From positions 148,242,001 to 148,306,000 of the forward strand of contig NC_042997.1 in the NCBI RefSeq assembly GCF_006345805.1: a stretch of DNA of 64,000 bases, read 5' to 3'. A model generated the notes under the pieces. It was not told the DNA's origin, did not search any database, and saw nothing but the letters and a program-made list of their open reading frames with translations. This document shows positions 1 through 14,480 of this stretch, piece by piece. Both the position numbers and the translations under genes were made by a program. Source of the stretch: Octopus sinensis (taxonomy: Eukaryota). The stretch's first letter is position 1; each line of letters begins with the position of its first letter.

Positions 1-1292
1 TTCCATTAACTTCTAAACTACTGCACCCACAATAGCACGTTGCATTGGAAGGTAGTAACCTAATGTATTTGGCAGCTACTGATCACATAGTACTGTTTTC
101 AACAGAAATATGTCCTCGGAGCATCTTGCGGTTACAACCATCACAAAAAAAGCTATATGTGTATATGTATGTATATATGCATTATATATTAATGCTCATT
201 TTTATATGAATTTCAATATAAAGATAGTTGAAAATTCAACTAAAAATTCATTCAGTACTTTGTAATATTTTATGCAATTATTGATTTTAATATGCTGAAT
301 GTTTTCAGTTACGCTGAAGTTTCCACTTTCTAGCCGTCATCATATACTCTAATGATATCTACTAAACTGAATCTTCGAATTCACTATAAATCTTCGCCTC
401 ATTCTCTCTATCGGCATCTAACTATTTATGTATATTTATGTATATGTGCATGTATGCATGCTTGTGTGCATTTTTGTGTGGTGTGTGTTCGTATGCATAT
501 GTATATACAAATGAAGAAATATAGAGAGAGGATTGAAAGCACACATAGCCTCGGTAAATATAAAGTTTAAAACAAATACTGTAGAAAAAGAGAATGCAAT
601 TATTATTGCGTATTTATTTCCACGATGCAAAATATATACCATCAATCATAGCAGTGGTTTAACATTTGACAAATCAATAGGCTGAGTTTGAGACAAAAGT
701 GAGTTTGTCGTTAAGTATTTTCGAAACCATGACATATCAATAACTTCACAATTCATCTCAGTCATTTTGATTTCAAGTAGAATCATCACAGCGTGAAGAT
801 AAACACTTTTTACGTTTAGATATCATCGGTATATTTATTTACTTCTGTCGAGCTGCGGAAACGACCCCATTATCATTTTTTGTTTTTTTACTTTCCCGAT
901 AAACTCACTTTCAAGCAGTCGTTAATGCCCGGGAAGATAGCTTCTACAATTCTTCTAGAAAAGGAAGTTAAAGAGATCCTTTAATAACGATATTTTTTCC
1001 GACGTTGATTACCACTTATCCCTTTTTACGTATGTCCGTGCTATCTCTATACTACGTTGAAAAACTTGAAATATATTTGACCACTTACTCTTTTACTATC
1101 AATATATTTCATTCTCTTCATTTATATACGCACAAACACACGCGTGCACACATGCACACATACACACACACACAAACAAAAACACTCTCACACGCACAAA
1201 TACACAAACATATATGTACCTAAATATATATAAATATATACACTATATTATGTCTCTATATATACATGTGTATATAAAATTCAAAATACATA

Positions 1293-1361
<69 letters not shown>

Positions 1362-2804
1362 ATTCACATAGCCACGAACACGCACACACCTACACACACA
1401 AGTACACACAGACATACACATGTTTACTGAGCAATATATATTATAATGTATGCACCTCTGCTTGCATTTATATCTGCGTTTGCAACCGATATTTTTAGTC
1501 AATAGACACCTTACATTCTCAAACGTCTAAAATTTATATCTGCGCCTATGGATATGCGTCTCTCTGTCTCTATATATGTGTGTGTGTGAATGTGTATGTG
1601 TGTCTGTATGTGTATGTATACAAAAGTGCGTTGTTGTGATGGAGGTGTGTTTGCTTGTCTATTTGTGTGCATATTTCCAAACAGATTTGACAGAGTAGCT
1701 ATAGAAAACAACACTGAAGACAATAACAAAATATTTCCCCTTTCAAAATGGCTGACAACGTACGGTATAGTGTGCATTCGGATCAATATCAGATGTTTAT
1801 GGTGTGCCTGCAATTCTGTGCATGGATAAATACTTACAGAGTGAACTGTTATTATTATGATTAATGTTCTGAAACAAGCGAAGAACTTTGACATGAAATT
1901 ATCTGACCGGTAAAGAAAATGTGATAAGAATATATATAATTAAATCTTTCCTAATTTCAAGAATGAATGAACTAAGAGAGAGAATATTTTATAGACACAT
2001 TTCATATCTCTTTGTTAAAGAAGTATCTGTCTTATATTTGAAGATGGATAACAAGCTCTATAGCATATAAACACGTGAATAGTAAACTCAATTGATATTT
2101 GAATCTCTTTGGCTATAGGTATAGCTCACTGTGTCTATATTAGAAATGATCAATGATAGGATTTAGCAAAACAGAACAGCGGCTTCTTGAAGCTATAGTT
2201 TTCCTCGTACCAAAATTGCTTTTACTTACTGTATTTATTGTAAGAAAAATTGATTTTGATTTGTTACGTATGATGGACACATAATACAAACTGATGTAAT
2301 AACTAAAGAGTTATAATTTACATTTATCACTACTGATGTTATTTAGGTCAGTCTGAACAAATTTGATTATGCTCTGTCTAAAATATTCAAACTTTTGACA
2401 ACTATATAGAGAACTATTTTTTTTAATAGAATCAGTATCGTGTTTCTAGGAATTTTCTAATTTAAAATAACACATCAAAGACGGTCTTTTCGAGTTTAAA
2501 TCAACGTTGTAGTAGATGTTTTAATGTTTATCTTAACGCTTTTAACTTAACTGAAGTCCAGCAAATATTGATTTCGGCGACCAACTGAAGCCAACACTTT
2601 TATAAGAAGTGGGTGTATAATCTGTTCAAACAACTCTAGTTCTTGTCTGTCAGGAAGGATAAAAGTCAACATTAAAGAGTTCATTAAGTATTAGTGTCAA
2701 TACTAATTGTTCGCCGTCATATGTCAATCTTAGAATATTATAATCAAGAAGAAAATATAAATAGCAGATATAAAATTTACTGTTTGAAACTTAGTATAAA
2801 GTGC

Positions 2805-2852
<48 letters not shown>

Positions 2853-4200
2853 GCACGCAGGCACACACACACACACACATACACACACACTAATTACAAA
2901 TAAAAATATATGCAAACAAGAAAAATTTCAGGTTAGTGCATCATCTGGATGCCGAGAAATCTAATCTATATTAAAACCAATACGAACCTTATGATATAGG
3001 CCCTTGAAGATAGGAGGTAGCAGACAGACCTCTGTCAGAAAATAACATGCTTTTATAATGAAAATAAGACAATTTCAAGTTTCACAATAAAATTATTTGA
3101 ATCATGAAACATACAAAATTGTAGCATATAATATTCACGTTGATTTGCTACTAAGCTAGTATGGAGAATGCTTACCATAACTGAAATGAGAAATGATAGA
3201 GAGAAAACATTTATTCACAGGATACGAAAGGCATCGGAAAGTTCTTGTTAGTATTTAAGAAAGAAAAAGAGCTAAGTTGAAACACAGGCACGGGGAGAAT
3301 GCAGTAACTGATTTGCTACCACATCTGATGGTTCACGAAATGCTGTTACAGTTCCGGCTCGAAATGCCAAATCATCATTTGCTGACATCAATTTCTATTC
3401 GTCAAGGATACATTAACGATACACGAAAGGAGGAAAAATTTGATCTTTGAGACGTAATCATTTTATATCTGAAAATCCATATACGTAGGATGAGAGGGTT
3501 GCACTACATCCATACTGGATTACTAAATTAGCGAGTTCTGTTTCATTCTATCGTGCTCATTGCTTTGTCTGTTACATCTTATAAGCATTTTAAGTTGTGG
3601 AAATGATAAGTCAAACGGAAAACGAGAGGCCGTAACCAGTGGGTAAAGAAATGTACAACGATTACAAAGGCTATATTTTTGATAATAAACATCAACAATA
3701 AACGGTTCATTTTTTTTAACAATTTGATTATGTTTGAAATTTAAGCGGTTTTGTACAAAATGCTGAAGATATAGCGACCAAGTAAACAGATCAATAGTTA
3801 CAATTAAATATAAAATAACTTGTTCTTCTGAAATTCCAATGTTAACATTGCATCAAGTATCAATCAGACGAATATCATAAGTAAGAAATTGTAGATTTTG
3901 GAATATCATAAATTAATATTCTGAAAAACAGATACGTTTCTTTATCCTTAAGACACACAAGTGTCCATGTCAATACAGTCTCTGATATATATATAGCCGT
4001 ACACATGCCAATAACAACAGTCTAAGCCGTCGCTCAACAAATATCAGTGTTATTACATGAATCTATACAATGAAATACAACCTTATGTAAATGATACATT
4101 TTTTCTTGATAAAATGCGAAATTGCCATACTTCATCATAAATTTGTTCGCTGAGATCTGACTTTGACATTTGTCAGCGAAAGAAACGAAACATATGTTGT

Positions 4201-4238
<38 letters not shown>

Positions 4239-5794
4239 GCGGGCTACCTAATAACTTCTATTCACTAAATTCCCTCAAAAGTCATTGGTGATTATGTTTG
4301 TCCCCACTCTTCAATAATAGATTTACTTGAAGTTTGTTATTTAGCAAAAACTTTGATTACGAGTTACAAATAAGCGTTATAAAAATCGTTAATAAAGAAT
4401 TATATTTAATCCTACATCTCATCACTAGCATACATAGCTGCATGGGGAATAAATGAAGATTTGAGTATTAATAGTATCGAAATATTATAGGTTAATTCAA
4501 CCTGAAGTAGACAATATGAAGCAAAATTTCAATTTCTAAAATGTGTTCTCTTCTACGCGCAATACAGAGAGAAGACTCTTCATAAGTACATGCTCTTTGA
4601 AGCAAATATATCCTTCATTTCTTGTCTTGTGTTGCCTGTATATCTGTTTTGATCGTAACGCCAGAATGTGTATTTTACTTGAAATCGGTGAGACTAAATA
4701 TCAATATAGAATTTAATCTTTGTACAAAAGCTCAGTCGGTGTATCATAATAAGAAGTATAACACGATGCCTCATATCTATAAGAAAGAAATAGATGCAAT
4801 ATCCTAGGGGTGGCTCATACGTAAATAATATGGTTAGAATCAGGAAATGGAACATATTAGGTGTCTGTGATTTGGTTTGGCAAATCTATCAATGCTTATA
4901 ATTGAAAGGTAATAATTGTACTCAAATATAAATGTGATGAATGATTACCTAAACAAGATTGTCAAATAATGAGTCATAAATTATTAAAGTGATTTCTACT
5001 TGTTTGCAATGAGAACTGTTATCAACGTTATGCACTTCACACATTATAACTTTGGCGAAAGGGTAAACTAATTTTTAGAATAACACTTTAACGTATTTCC
5101 ATTTGAATGGTTACAGCAAAGTAGATAATTCTCTCTAGATAGTAAGTTGAAATGCAAAATGTTTTTACTGCAGAATGTATGGTAAATATTCAGCTTTCAT
5201 CCGTTCTCTGTAATGGCATTTATCTGAGGTGGAATGATGATTGAGGAGAAGGTAATATATGATTAAGTATAAACAGATTTATGCAGCTACAGTTAATAAC
5301 AAGAGTTTGCTGTGTAACATTTTGTGATATGTATCTATGCTATTATTTGGCAAGATTATCAGATTATCTGTGTATATTCCATAAACGAATTAAGGTTGTA
5401 TGACGATATGTGATTGAATCCTAGAGAGTAAACAATTTTCCTTCAATAAGCTTTCAGAACAAATCATTTCCATTCAGGCACTTTAATGAATGATGCAAAT
5501 AAATGATTTCTAACATATTTTTGAGCATGAGATGAAGTACTTATCTTTCTAGACATTTACGATGTCAACAACCTTCTCTTCGAAATACGTGTCTGAAACA
5601 CTAATATATACAACTCGTAAAATTTGTTCCGGTGATAACAGGAACAATCGCAGACTAATATATGTCGTCTTTGACGGTTGTGTGTGCGTGTGTATGTGTC
5701 TGCATGTATGCATACATACATACGTATATATATATACATTTATTTATATATTAATATATATAAGTAGGTATATATGCACACACACATGTATATA

Positions 5795-5866
<72 letters not shown>

Positions 5867-6441
5867 GTTATCTATATATATACGTATATATATATGTATG
5901 TATATGTGTGTGCATGCGAGTGTGTGAGTGTGTGTACATATTCACATACGCACAAATATATGTATGCATAATTGCATATATGTTAGTACTTGTTTATGCA
6001 TATATAAATATGCATTACCGCTTAGGCAGGTTGTTACATACTGGAATTAATTTGAAGTGCAACAAATCCCCTTATGTCCAGTATTTCGACAATGTATTTG
6101 TTATGGCCAACATACTGAAAACGTCACAAATGCAACATCTTTTTTTTTTCTAAAGAGCTAACGTCGATTTCAGAATTAAAAAAAATAACAGATCAAATAC
6201 AATTCAAATGGAACATCTACTCCAAGTTCACTTAAAAGAAGCTATGCATTATAAATAAAATACGTGTAAATGCGAATATCAAATAACTACTTATATATCA
6301 GTAAACAACATAGGAATTGTTATTCACAATGGACGCTTCGCTCTAATGAAGAAAATCTAAACAATTAAACAAACATTACTCGACAAGAAGTACATGATAA
6401 AATAAGTAGAACAAGCTCTAAAACAATACAAAACGAAATTC

Positions 6442-6986
6442 ATCCCCGGAATTTTAGCAGTTACAGCATGCAGTAAAAGAGAGAAAGCATGCTGAGAGTA
6501 TAAGACATAAACTAAAATTATTCTAGCTACAGTATGTATGAATGGGTTATCAAAATCTCATAAAACTGAACTTAATATGAATTAAATCTAACCACTAACA
6601 ATCAGTAAACATATATTACAGCAACGCCCGTATTAACAGAGAGCCATAAGGATGTAAACCATGAAGGCGTTTGTATGGGTAATGCCTTATAAGATTACAC
6701 TTCATGGCAAACACACTGCTATAATGGATATACAGGCAACAGTTCGTTGTAAAGGCTATAATGGATATATATAGGCAACAGTTCGTTGTAAAGGCTATAA
6801 TGGATATATAGGCAACAGTTTACTGATTGTTGGTGGTTAGATTTAATTCATATTAAGTTCAGTTTTATGAGATTTTGATAACCCATTCATACATACTGTA
6901 GCTAGAATAATTTTAGTTTATGTCTTATACTCTCATCATGCTTTCTCTCTTTTACTGCATGCTGTAACTGCTAAAATTCCGGGGAT
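6442..6986. repeat. 169-bp near-perfect inverted duplication (arms 6442-6610 and 6818-6986)
   Basis: 6818-6986 is the reverse complement of 6442-6610; I counted 2 mismatches. The right arm interrupts a ~37-bp tandem repeat. Confidence 0.95.
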
Positions 6987-7044
6987 ATAGGCAACAGTTC
7001 GTTGTAAAGGCTATAATGGATATAAGGCAACAGTTTGTTGTAAA
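6718..7044. repeat. ~37-bp minisatellite (ctataatggatatataggcaacagttcgttgtaaagg), interrupted by the inverted duplication
   Basis: About 3 copies at 6718-6820 and about 1.5 copies at 6983-7044, differing in the length of the internal (AT) run. Confidence 0.9.
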
Positions 7045-7319
7045 TTTTTCATACAAAAACAACACGGATCCGCTTGTACGAATGAAATAATATAACCTAA
7101 AAAGAACAATCAGAAGTTAAAAATATTAGATGATATCACACATATGGAATTCTATTTTTTAAACACAAATAGTTCCCAAAACTTTCTTCGAAGCCAATTG
7201 CAGACTTAAAGGGCATAGATGCACAAATGCACAGAAATACATATACATACATGCATGCATGCATGTTATTGCATACATGTACAATCATCAACCAATAGTT
7301 TCACGTGAGATTTTAGATG

Positions 7320-7813
7320 GATCACCAGGCCTGCACAACTCAAATACCTCCTCCCACAAATCACACACACGAAAAACTGTACTCTCTCACCTTCCACAGG
7401 TTCCCTCATAAGCCCCTCCTAGTTCTCTCATACTTCACTCTCTCCTTTTCAAGCTTTGAACAACCATCATGCACTATCTTTCTCCATCCATCACGGTCTT
7501 GTGCCTCCCTCTCCCAATCACCAGCTGCAATTCCTGTCTGTATTAGAGCATTTTTAAGGAAAAACTTAAACCTTAGTTTAGGCTTATGCGCTGGTCTCCT
7601 GCCATTTTCCAGCTCACCATACGATAGCTGCTTGGACAGTTGCTCATCACTCATCCTTATCAAATGTCCCCACCCCACTTCAAACTTCTACTCCACTCCT
7701 CTCAAGCACCTCCACATTACTATTGACCATTTTCCAGTTTATCCCCCCAATTTTTCTGAGGCAATATTGATGGTATCGTTCCAATTGCCTTACATGCCTT
7801 CGGTAAACAACTC
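7320..7813 (-). mobile_element. RTE/BovB-type LINE, 3' end of ORF2 (decayed)
   Basis: Minus-strand translation RHVRQLERYHQYCLRKIGGINWK...NVEVLERSG, then WGHLIRMSDEQLSKQLSYGEL..GRR...KPKLRFK...WEREAQDRDGWRKIV; this is the typical post-RT C-terminal block of RTE elements. Confidence 0.85.
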
Positions 7814-7894
7814 ATGTCTCACACACACACATATACATACACACACAAGTACATGCATATATGTGTGTGCCTGACTATATACACATACCGATTA

Positions 7895-7936
<42 letters not shown>

Positions 7937-9039
7937 GCATCTTTCAATTTCCGTCTACCAAATCCACTCAGAGGGCTTTATTCGATCCGGGGTTATAGAA
8001 GAATATGTTTGACTCAAATCTAAATGTCTATCTTATTAGAACAACATATGTTCCATACCCGTATCTTCTGATTTTCTAAAATGTACAAAATCAGAGTGAC
8101 AAGAATTAAAATAATTACGAATTTGCCGAAAATGAATAATACACGCAATCCTAAAACTAATATCGATATGTGCTACTTACCAAGGAAGAAGAAAGAAAAT
8201 GTTTGTTATTAAATACAGTAATCATTAGCATTGTGATAATGGGTCCCAAAATCTATGTCGTGCTTTTGCCTGTAGCCAGAAAATTTTAAAGTCATTGAAA
8301 AGTCAATAATAGTCAATAAAAGCCGGAAAAGTCAATAAAAGAAAGAAGCACGACAGGGCAATTTGAAGGCAGCTGATGCAAAAAAACAAAACCTGAGAAT
8401 TTTTGAAGTAACGAACACTAGTTGCGAATCACTCTTGGGATGCTGGAGCAAAAAAGTGAATCGCTAATTATAACTGCCCAGGAAACAGCCATTAAACTAC
8501 ATTGATATTGACAAAGACTGATAAAACTCAACCAGAGCACAAACGCAGAACGTGTGGAAAAACGACTCGGCAATGAAATATTTCTGAGGTGAATATTATA
8601 AGCCAGCACAAAAGTTTAAAGCAGCGCATATGATTATATCGGGAAAAATAAAACATTGGGATGTTAGCCGTGATTGTGGGATAAAAGTGAAATAGAAGGG
8701 GTATGAATGCGAGCCAAAGGCTCTGGTGAATGATAATTACAGAATTCTAGGGGATTATAACGACAGTTGGGAGAAATATACCATGTATGATGGTAAAGGA
8801 AAAAAAAAAGAAAGAAGAAAAATGTCATAAATCAAAAATTTTGCAGTGCCAAGGTCTCAAGCAATACACCTACTTATTGCCGCAGGCTTGTGTTCCTGAT
8901 TTGTTATTCATTTCGAGATGGGAAAGAAATAATAATTTTGAAATTAAAATAAATTTTGACGGCTTCAAAGGAAATTCGGTGAAGTACACCAAATAAATAT
9001 TTTATTAGCAATAGTTATGATTATATATATATATATATA

Positions 9040-9088
<49 letters not shown>

Positions 9089-9175
9089 AAGAGAGGGAGA
9101 GAGAGAGATGGTTGAAATAGATAAGGAGAACAAGGAAAGCAAGATACGGTATGAGAGATAAATGAGCTGGTTGAA

Positions 9176-9211
<36 letters not shown>

Positions 9212-9769
9212 GTATGGTACAGGATAGAAAAGCTATGCCTATAATCTTTGCAGATTTAGTGTTTTAAAATGATATTGTAATAAACTATTTCTTTTTTCAG
9301 TTTTTGGTTTTTATTTTGCTAGGAATTCCTCTTTTGAAAGAAAATGAGATATTATTTTAAGTACACCTAGAGGCGTTGTGATAAAGAAACAGATTTACTC
9401 TTACAAGTAATAGTAGATTAAGATGGCAAGATATAATTGGCTGATAGCTTCAAATCCCATTCAACTAAATTCAATCATATTCATGTAATATAATTGATAA
9501 GGGGCAATGGTTATCAAATACGAAATCCTACGTGTTTCGTGTTGCTCATTTACAAAATATAGAAAAAATCTCGATACGTTTTGGTGGATCCTCCTTCAGT
9601 TTCTATAATGAATATTCTCTTATTCGATCAAGTGAATTTACGAGCGATTGCTGAAAGTTCCAGACGTTAAGGGTATCGCAACAAGCCTGTTTGGAGCCCC
9701 AATCTTCCGAGTTTCTTTTTTTTTACAAGGCTTAAAAAAAACTGAAGTACAGTTGTTGTAATATGTGGT

Positions 9770-10205
9770 ATCAAATGGTTCATGGACCAGTTATATTTAA
9801 TTAAAAAATAATAACTTATTTACTTAGTTTTAAAATAGTTTCCTTTGAAATAGTCACTTTGCGCTGCAATTCACCGGAATCTTCTCCACATTTTCGGGAA
9901 TGGCCCTTGTGGCAACTCTTCCAGATTTCTTATCGTCTTTCACAGACGTTCTTCCCCTTTTGAAGTGCCGGTGCCACCGTAAGATTGCCAAAGCATGCTC
10001 AATGTTACTGTAGCAGACTTCCCGAACTTAACATACATGTAATCCCCAAAACACAAATTTCACAACTTGTGAAGTAAAAACAGAGATGTTTCTCGGGACA
10101 CTACATCATGAATGTTATTGCTAGCTCTCACTGTGCACGCAACCGTATGCAGCCATCTGTTGGCGCGCTATAGAACTAATTCGGGAAAGTTTTGATATCA
10201 CTTCG
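9770..10205 (-). mobile_element. Internally deleted mariner/Tc1 transposon remnant
   Basis: Minus strand gives VKFGKSATVTLSMLWQSYG...WHRHFKRGRTSVKDDKKSGR (mariner N-terminal HTH region) joined to a C-terminal IAAQSDYFKG-like tail. TIRs are degenerate and boundaries approximate. Confidence 0.75.
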
Positions 10206-12558
10206 TAAATGTGTGAATCTGAGAGTGGACTATATTAAACAGAATTGTAACTAACTGATTCTCCTGTATTTTCTTTTGCCCAAAGTGAGGAACTTTTCAG
10301 CACACCCTCGTATGTTTAAGTGGCTAGGTATTTCACAGACTCCAGTACGCTTTATATATTCCCCTGCAAGACCACGTGCACTATAAAACTTCAGCTTTGA
10401 ATTTTTGGTAAAAATAAAGCCAGAGAGGATATGCAGTTAGATAAAGAAGAATGATAAATCTTATTACTGAACTTGGACTTTATATCGAATCATAAATTAA
10501 TGAAGTCAAAATATGATTCCGTGGGATTTGAATTTTGTGTTTAGAAATCCAGAACAAATACTGTAATATGTTCTATCCAACGTTCTAATGAATATGACAA
10601 TTATCTACATATATTCACCTAATTATAGTTTTATTTACCCCCAAAATCCTAACACAGTGTTCTGTTAATTTTCGGGAACCATGGGTTTTTAAAAAGAATT
10701 CTGTCATTGACCAAGGAGTAGATTAGACTAATGTTCTCTTCCCTATATCTAGTAAATTCAGGAAATAGAAACAAATGTACAGTCATAACGTTGCTGAAGT
10801 CGAAGTCAGATTGGTTAAAGTTGTGAGATGGAATGATATTTATTTTGCTACATTAATGAGTTATATTTCAACAAACGAAGTAGCGACAAACATTTTCCGC
10901 TTCTTGTTCAAATTTTCTCACTAACTACCGATATACACTGATCACGTTTCAACAGCATTTGCATAATATAGTTCTTTGCATAATTTATTCTGTGTGGAAT
11001 ACACACATAAGCACTCTCTCTCTCTCTCTCGCACAACGACGACACACACACACACATACACACACACGCACACACAGACACACACGCACACACACACACG
11101 ATGGCTCTTTGCAGTGATACCGCATACTTATTGCATTTCAAAAAAGATTGAGTAAATTCGAATAGTGTAATAGGAAACAATTATTGCTTCGTTCAAGGAT
11201 CGAAAGTCAAACAGCACTTTTTAAGAAGGACCAGTCTTAACCAAATCCTAGAGCTACACCAATGCATTTTAGCTATCCTATTTTATTAAAACATTATTAA
11301 ACAGCATGCCAGCATTTTCTTTGTTTTTTAGAAATTCCATGGACAATAAAATTATTATCCTTCCCCTATTACAGCCACGATACGTCGCAATAGCTCCACT
11401 CAGTAGAAAGATGTTTTTCATAGTTTTTAAGGTGTCATCCTTTTTATTGATCTCACACCTCTTATCTACACTCTTCATGCTTTCGGAAGAGCCTGACAAC
11501 GATGTCCCAGAACTATTCAGCCTGGTGGCATTGTATTCCTGTTCAAGCTTCATAAATGGGTAGCTAATTAACATTTTCAACCGAATTCTAATTTGTTAAC
11601 GAGAAGATCACGCATACTGAAAAACTCATTCTCTACCACAGACTTCTAACTCAAATATTTAATGCTCATTCATTATCAAAAAATGACATGACGAAAACTG
11701 TAAAACGAAATTTTAAATCAATGAACTAATTTCTTTGAAAGTAATAAAAGAGTATGATACCTAAGCTGAACATAATACTTTATATAATGGGGAAGTTTAA
11801 GAAACACACGCACATTTTTTAAAACAAAGAAATAAAAGATATAAAAATTATTGTTAACAATTGAAAATATCGAAATGGTTTTGCAATTGCTGGACTAAAG
11901 GTATAGAAATAACAATACAAGAAACAGCTAATAACCATGGTAAAGAATATCTAAAAAGTGAGTAAGATAAAAAGAAAAGGAAGAAGGCAAAATATCATAA
12001 AATAAAATACAGAGTATTCTAATCATCTCAGAAGAATTTGAATTGTATTCAGAAAGCAAACGCAGCAAGGAAATTGTCAACAAGAGAATTGTATAAACAG
12101 AGCAGAGTGGTAGAAATCCGCAATTAAGTATTTTTCCAGTGGGAAATCGTTAGTCAAAAGGAATCCCGGATGTTCTATGTGTAATACACAAGCTGGAAAG
12201 TAACAAACAAATTGGATGCTTCTACTGTGGTATCATTAGATTGTTTTGGATAATTTCACGTTTCATTGGATAGGAGACAGAGACGGAGGTGTTCAAATAA
12301 AATCTGTCGTGTTTCATACTCTTTCATCTTTCAAGAACACGCATTAAAATGATGCATATTCTCTGCAGATAGCCTCTCTCTTCCAAAGCATTGCAATACT
12401 TGTTATTGGATATAACATTTGTTGTTGGTGCAATTAAACTAACGTGGAATTCAGTGAATATAGTCAGAGATCGAGTAATTCTACGAATATTTTTATCATG
12501 TACACCTTTCTGAGTCCCGGCATTCATATTATTAGTAATAATTATTATTAATATTGCC

Positions 12559-13160
12559 AAAGCGGTGAGCTGGCAGAATAATTAGCACGCCGGGCAGAAT
12601 ACTTAGCAGCATTTCGTCCGTCTTTACGTTCTGAGTTCAAATACTGCCGAAGCCGATTTCATCTTTCATTCATTCGGATATCGATAAAATATATACTAGT
12701 TAAGTTTTCGGGTCAACTGAACGTCCTTCCAAAATTGCTGCCTTGTGTCAAAACTTGAAACCAATATTACTATCGCCATTAAAGCGTCGCGCTGGCAGAA
12801 ACGTTAGAGCGACGGAGAAAATAAGCTGTACCTCCTTTGAGGTCGACTGCGTTTTCCAGCTTTTCGGACCCGATAAAATAAGCACCGGTTGACTATTGGA
12901 GTTGATATAACCGACTAGACCTATCCCACAAAATTTCAGTCCTTGTACTTATAGTAAAAAGGATTAATATAATCATGATCATTACAATAGTTCATATTAT
13001 TGTTGCGATCTGAGTTAAAATTCAGCCGAGTTCCACTTTACCATTCATCCTTTCAGAGTCGAGAAAATAAAATCCAATTGAGTACTGAGGTCGACTATCT
13101 AACCTACTTAGACGAAATTGCTGGTCTTGTGCCAAGATTTGAAATCTATACTACTGTTAT
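12559..13160 (+). mobile_element. Three tandem decayed copies of a tRNA-derived SINE family (~12559-12770, ~12781-12968, ~13005-13160)
   Basis: A-box-like gctggcagaa..ttag and B-box-like gagttcaaat; shared body (gaggtcgac..cctttc..gataaaataag..ccttgtg). Confidence 0.7.
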
Positions 13161-13706
13161 CATCTTAGTCTTTATCATACTTTGCACAAATGTACCACAA
13201 AATTCCTAATATGATTTTCAACTAGAAATTTGTAACGGATCAATATCACGCCTATAAAAAATATATTTATCTATACATGTGCGGGTGTGCATGAAAACAG
13301 GCTTATTATGCGGGGGATAAGAATCAAACCTTATTTCCAATAAGGTTTTCTTTGACATACCGATATTAGTCTATATTATAGAAATACCTGTCTTAGCTCA
13401 CTTCTTTTCAAATTATTCAAATTATCTCGGTGATAAAAGTCTTCCACAATTTTTTGTACATTCTAACTCCTCCTCCATTTCGTGATTTCGGAGGACAAAA
13501 ATTGCTTTTAAACTTCTCAGTACTTTAAAATGCAGTCTGAAAAAAGAATAGAATCTCTACATTTTGCATGATCAAACATTCTAATTTAATTAGTAAAAAT
13601 TGTCAATTTTCTCCGTGAAATATCGTCGCGTCTAACTTCAAAACAGTCTTCGATTTCCGCGTATGACCACCCATTTTTGTCTGTGCGCGTATATATATAT
13701 ATATAT

Positions 13707-13774
13707 AACTATGATTGTCACACGCTGACGAGAGGTCAATACCTCGAAACTCGAGTCCGTGTGTATCATAAGTT
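13707..13774 (+). ncRNA. Type I hammerhead ribozyme, copy 1 (predicted cleavage after GUC, C13757)
   Basis: Stem I CACACG(13719-24)/CGUGUG(13758-63), extended by AUGAU/AUCAU and AACU/AGUU across an internal loop. Core CUGACGA(13725-31). Stem II GAGG-UCAAUA-CCUC. GAAA(13746-49). Stem III AC-UCGA-GU. C17. Confidence 0.93.
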
Positions 13775-14059
13775 GAAGACGGGAAGGATGACTTCCCTTT
13801 GCAAATACTGACAGGACACAGAAAGTGTGTCTATGGCCAGCTGGAGGAGTGTGTCCTCCTGGGGCTAAAAACTACAGTAGCATCCACCCTTAGGGGTTAG
13901 CCATATTGAAATGGCAAAAATACGTTACGATGTGTTACCGCTACTGTATATAACTCACTTTGATATTTATCATTGTTTGATTTCACTTTTTCAATATCAG
14001 CGACAGTGGACGCTGGAAAAAGTATAAGTATTTGTGAAGGAAATCTAATTCTCGCCGAC

Positions 14060-14127
14060 AACTATGATTGTCACACGCTGACGAGAGGTCAATACCTCGA
14101 AACTCGAGTCCGTGTGTATCATAAGTT
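14060..14127 (+). ncRNA. Type I hammerhead ribozyme, copy 2 (cleavage after 14110)
   Basis: Identical to copy 1. Confidence 0.93.
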
Positions 14128-14412
14128 GAAGACGGGAAGGATGACTTCCCTTTGCAAATACTGACAGGACACAGAAAGTGTGTCTATGGCCAGCTGGAGG
14201 AGTGTGTCCTCCTGGGGCTAAAAACTACAGTAGCATCCACCCTTAGGGGTTAGCCATATTGAAATGGCAAAAATACGTTACGATGTGTTACCGCTACTGT
14301 ATATAACTCACTTTGATATTTATCATTGTTTGATTTCACTTTTTCAATATCAGCGACAGTGGACGCTGGAAAAAGTATAAGTATTTGTGAAGGAAATCTA
14401 ATTCTCGCCGAC

Positions 14413-14480
14413 AACTATGATTGTCACACGCTGACGAGAGGTCAATACCTCGAAACTCGAGTCCGTGTGTATCATAAGTT
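14413..14480 (+). ncRNA. Type I hammerhead ribozyme, copy 3 (cleavage after 14463)
   Basis: Identical to copy 1. Confidence 0.93.

Noticed and set aside
11278-11580. Overlapping 85-100-aa ORFs in non-repetitive sequence
   Set aside because: No recognisable domain and no convincing splice-site pair; compatible with chance in AT-rich DNA.
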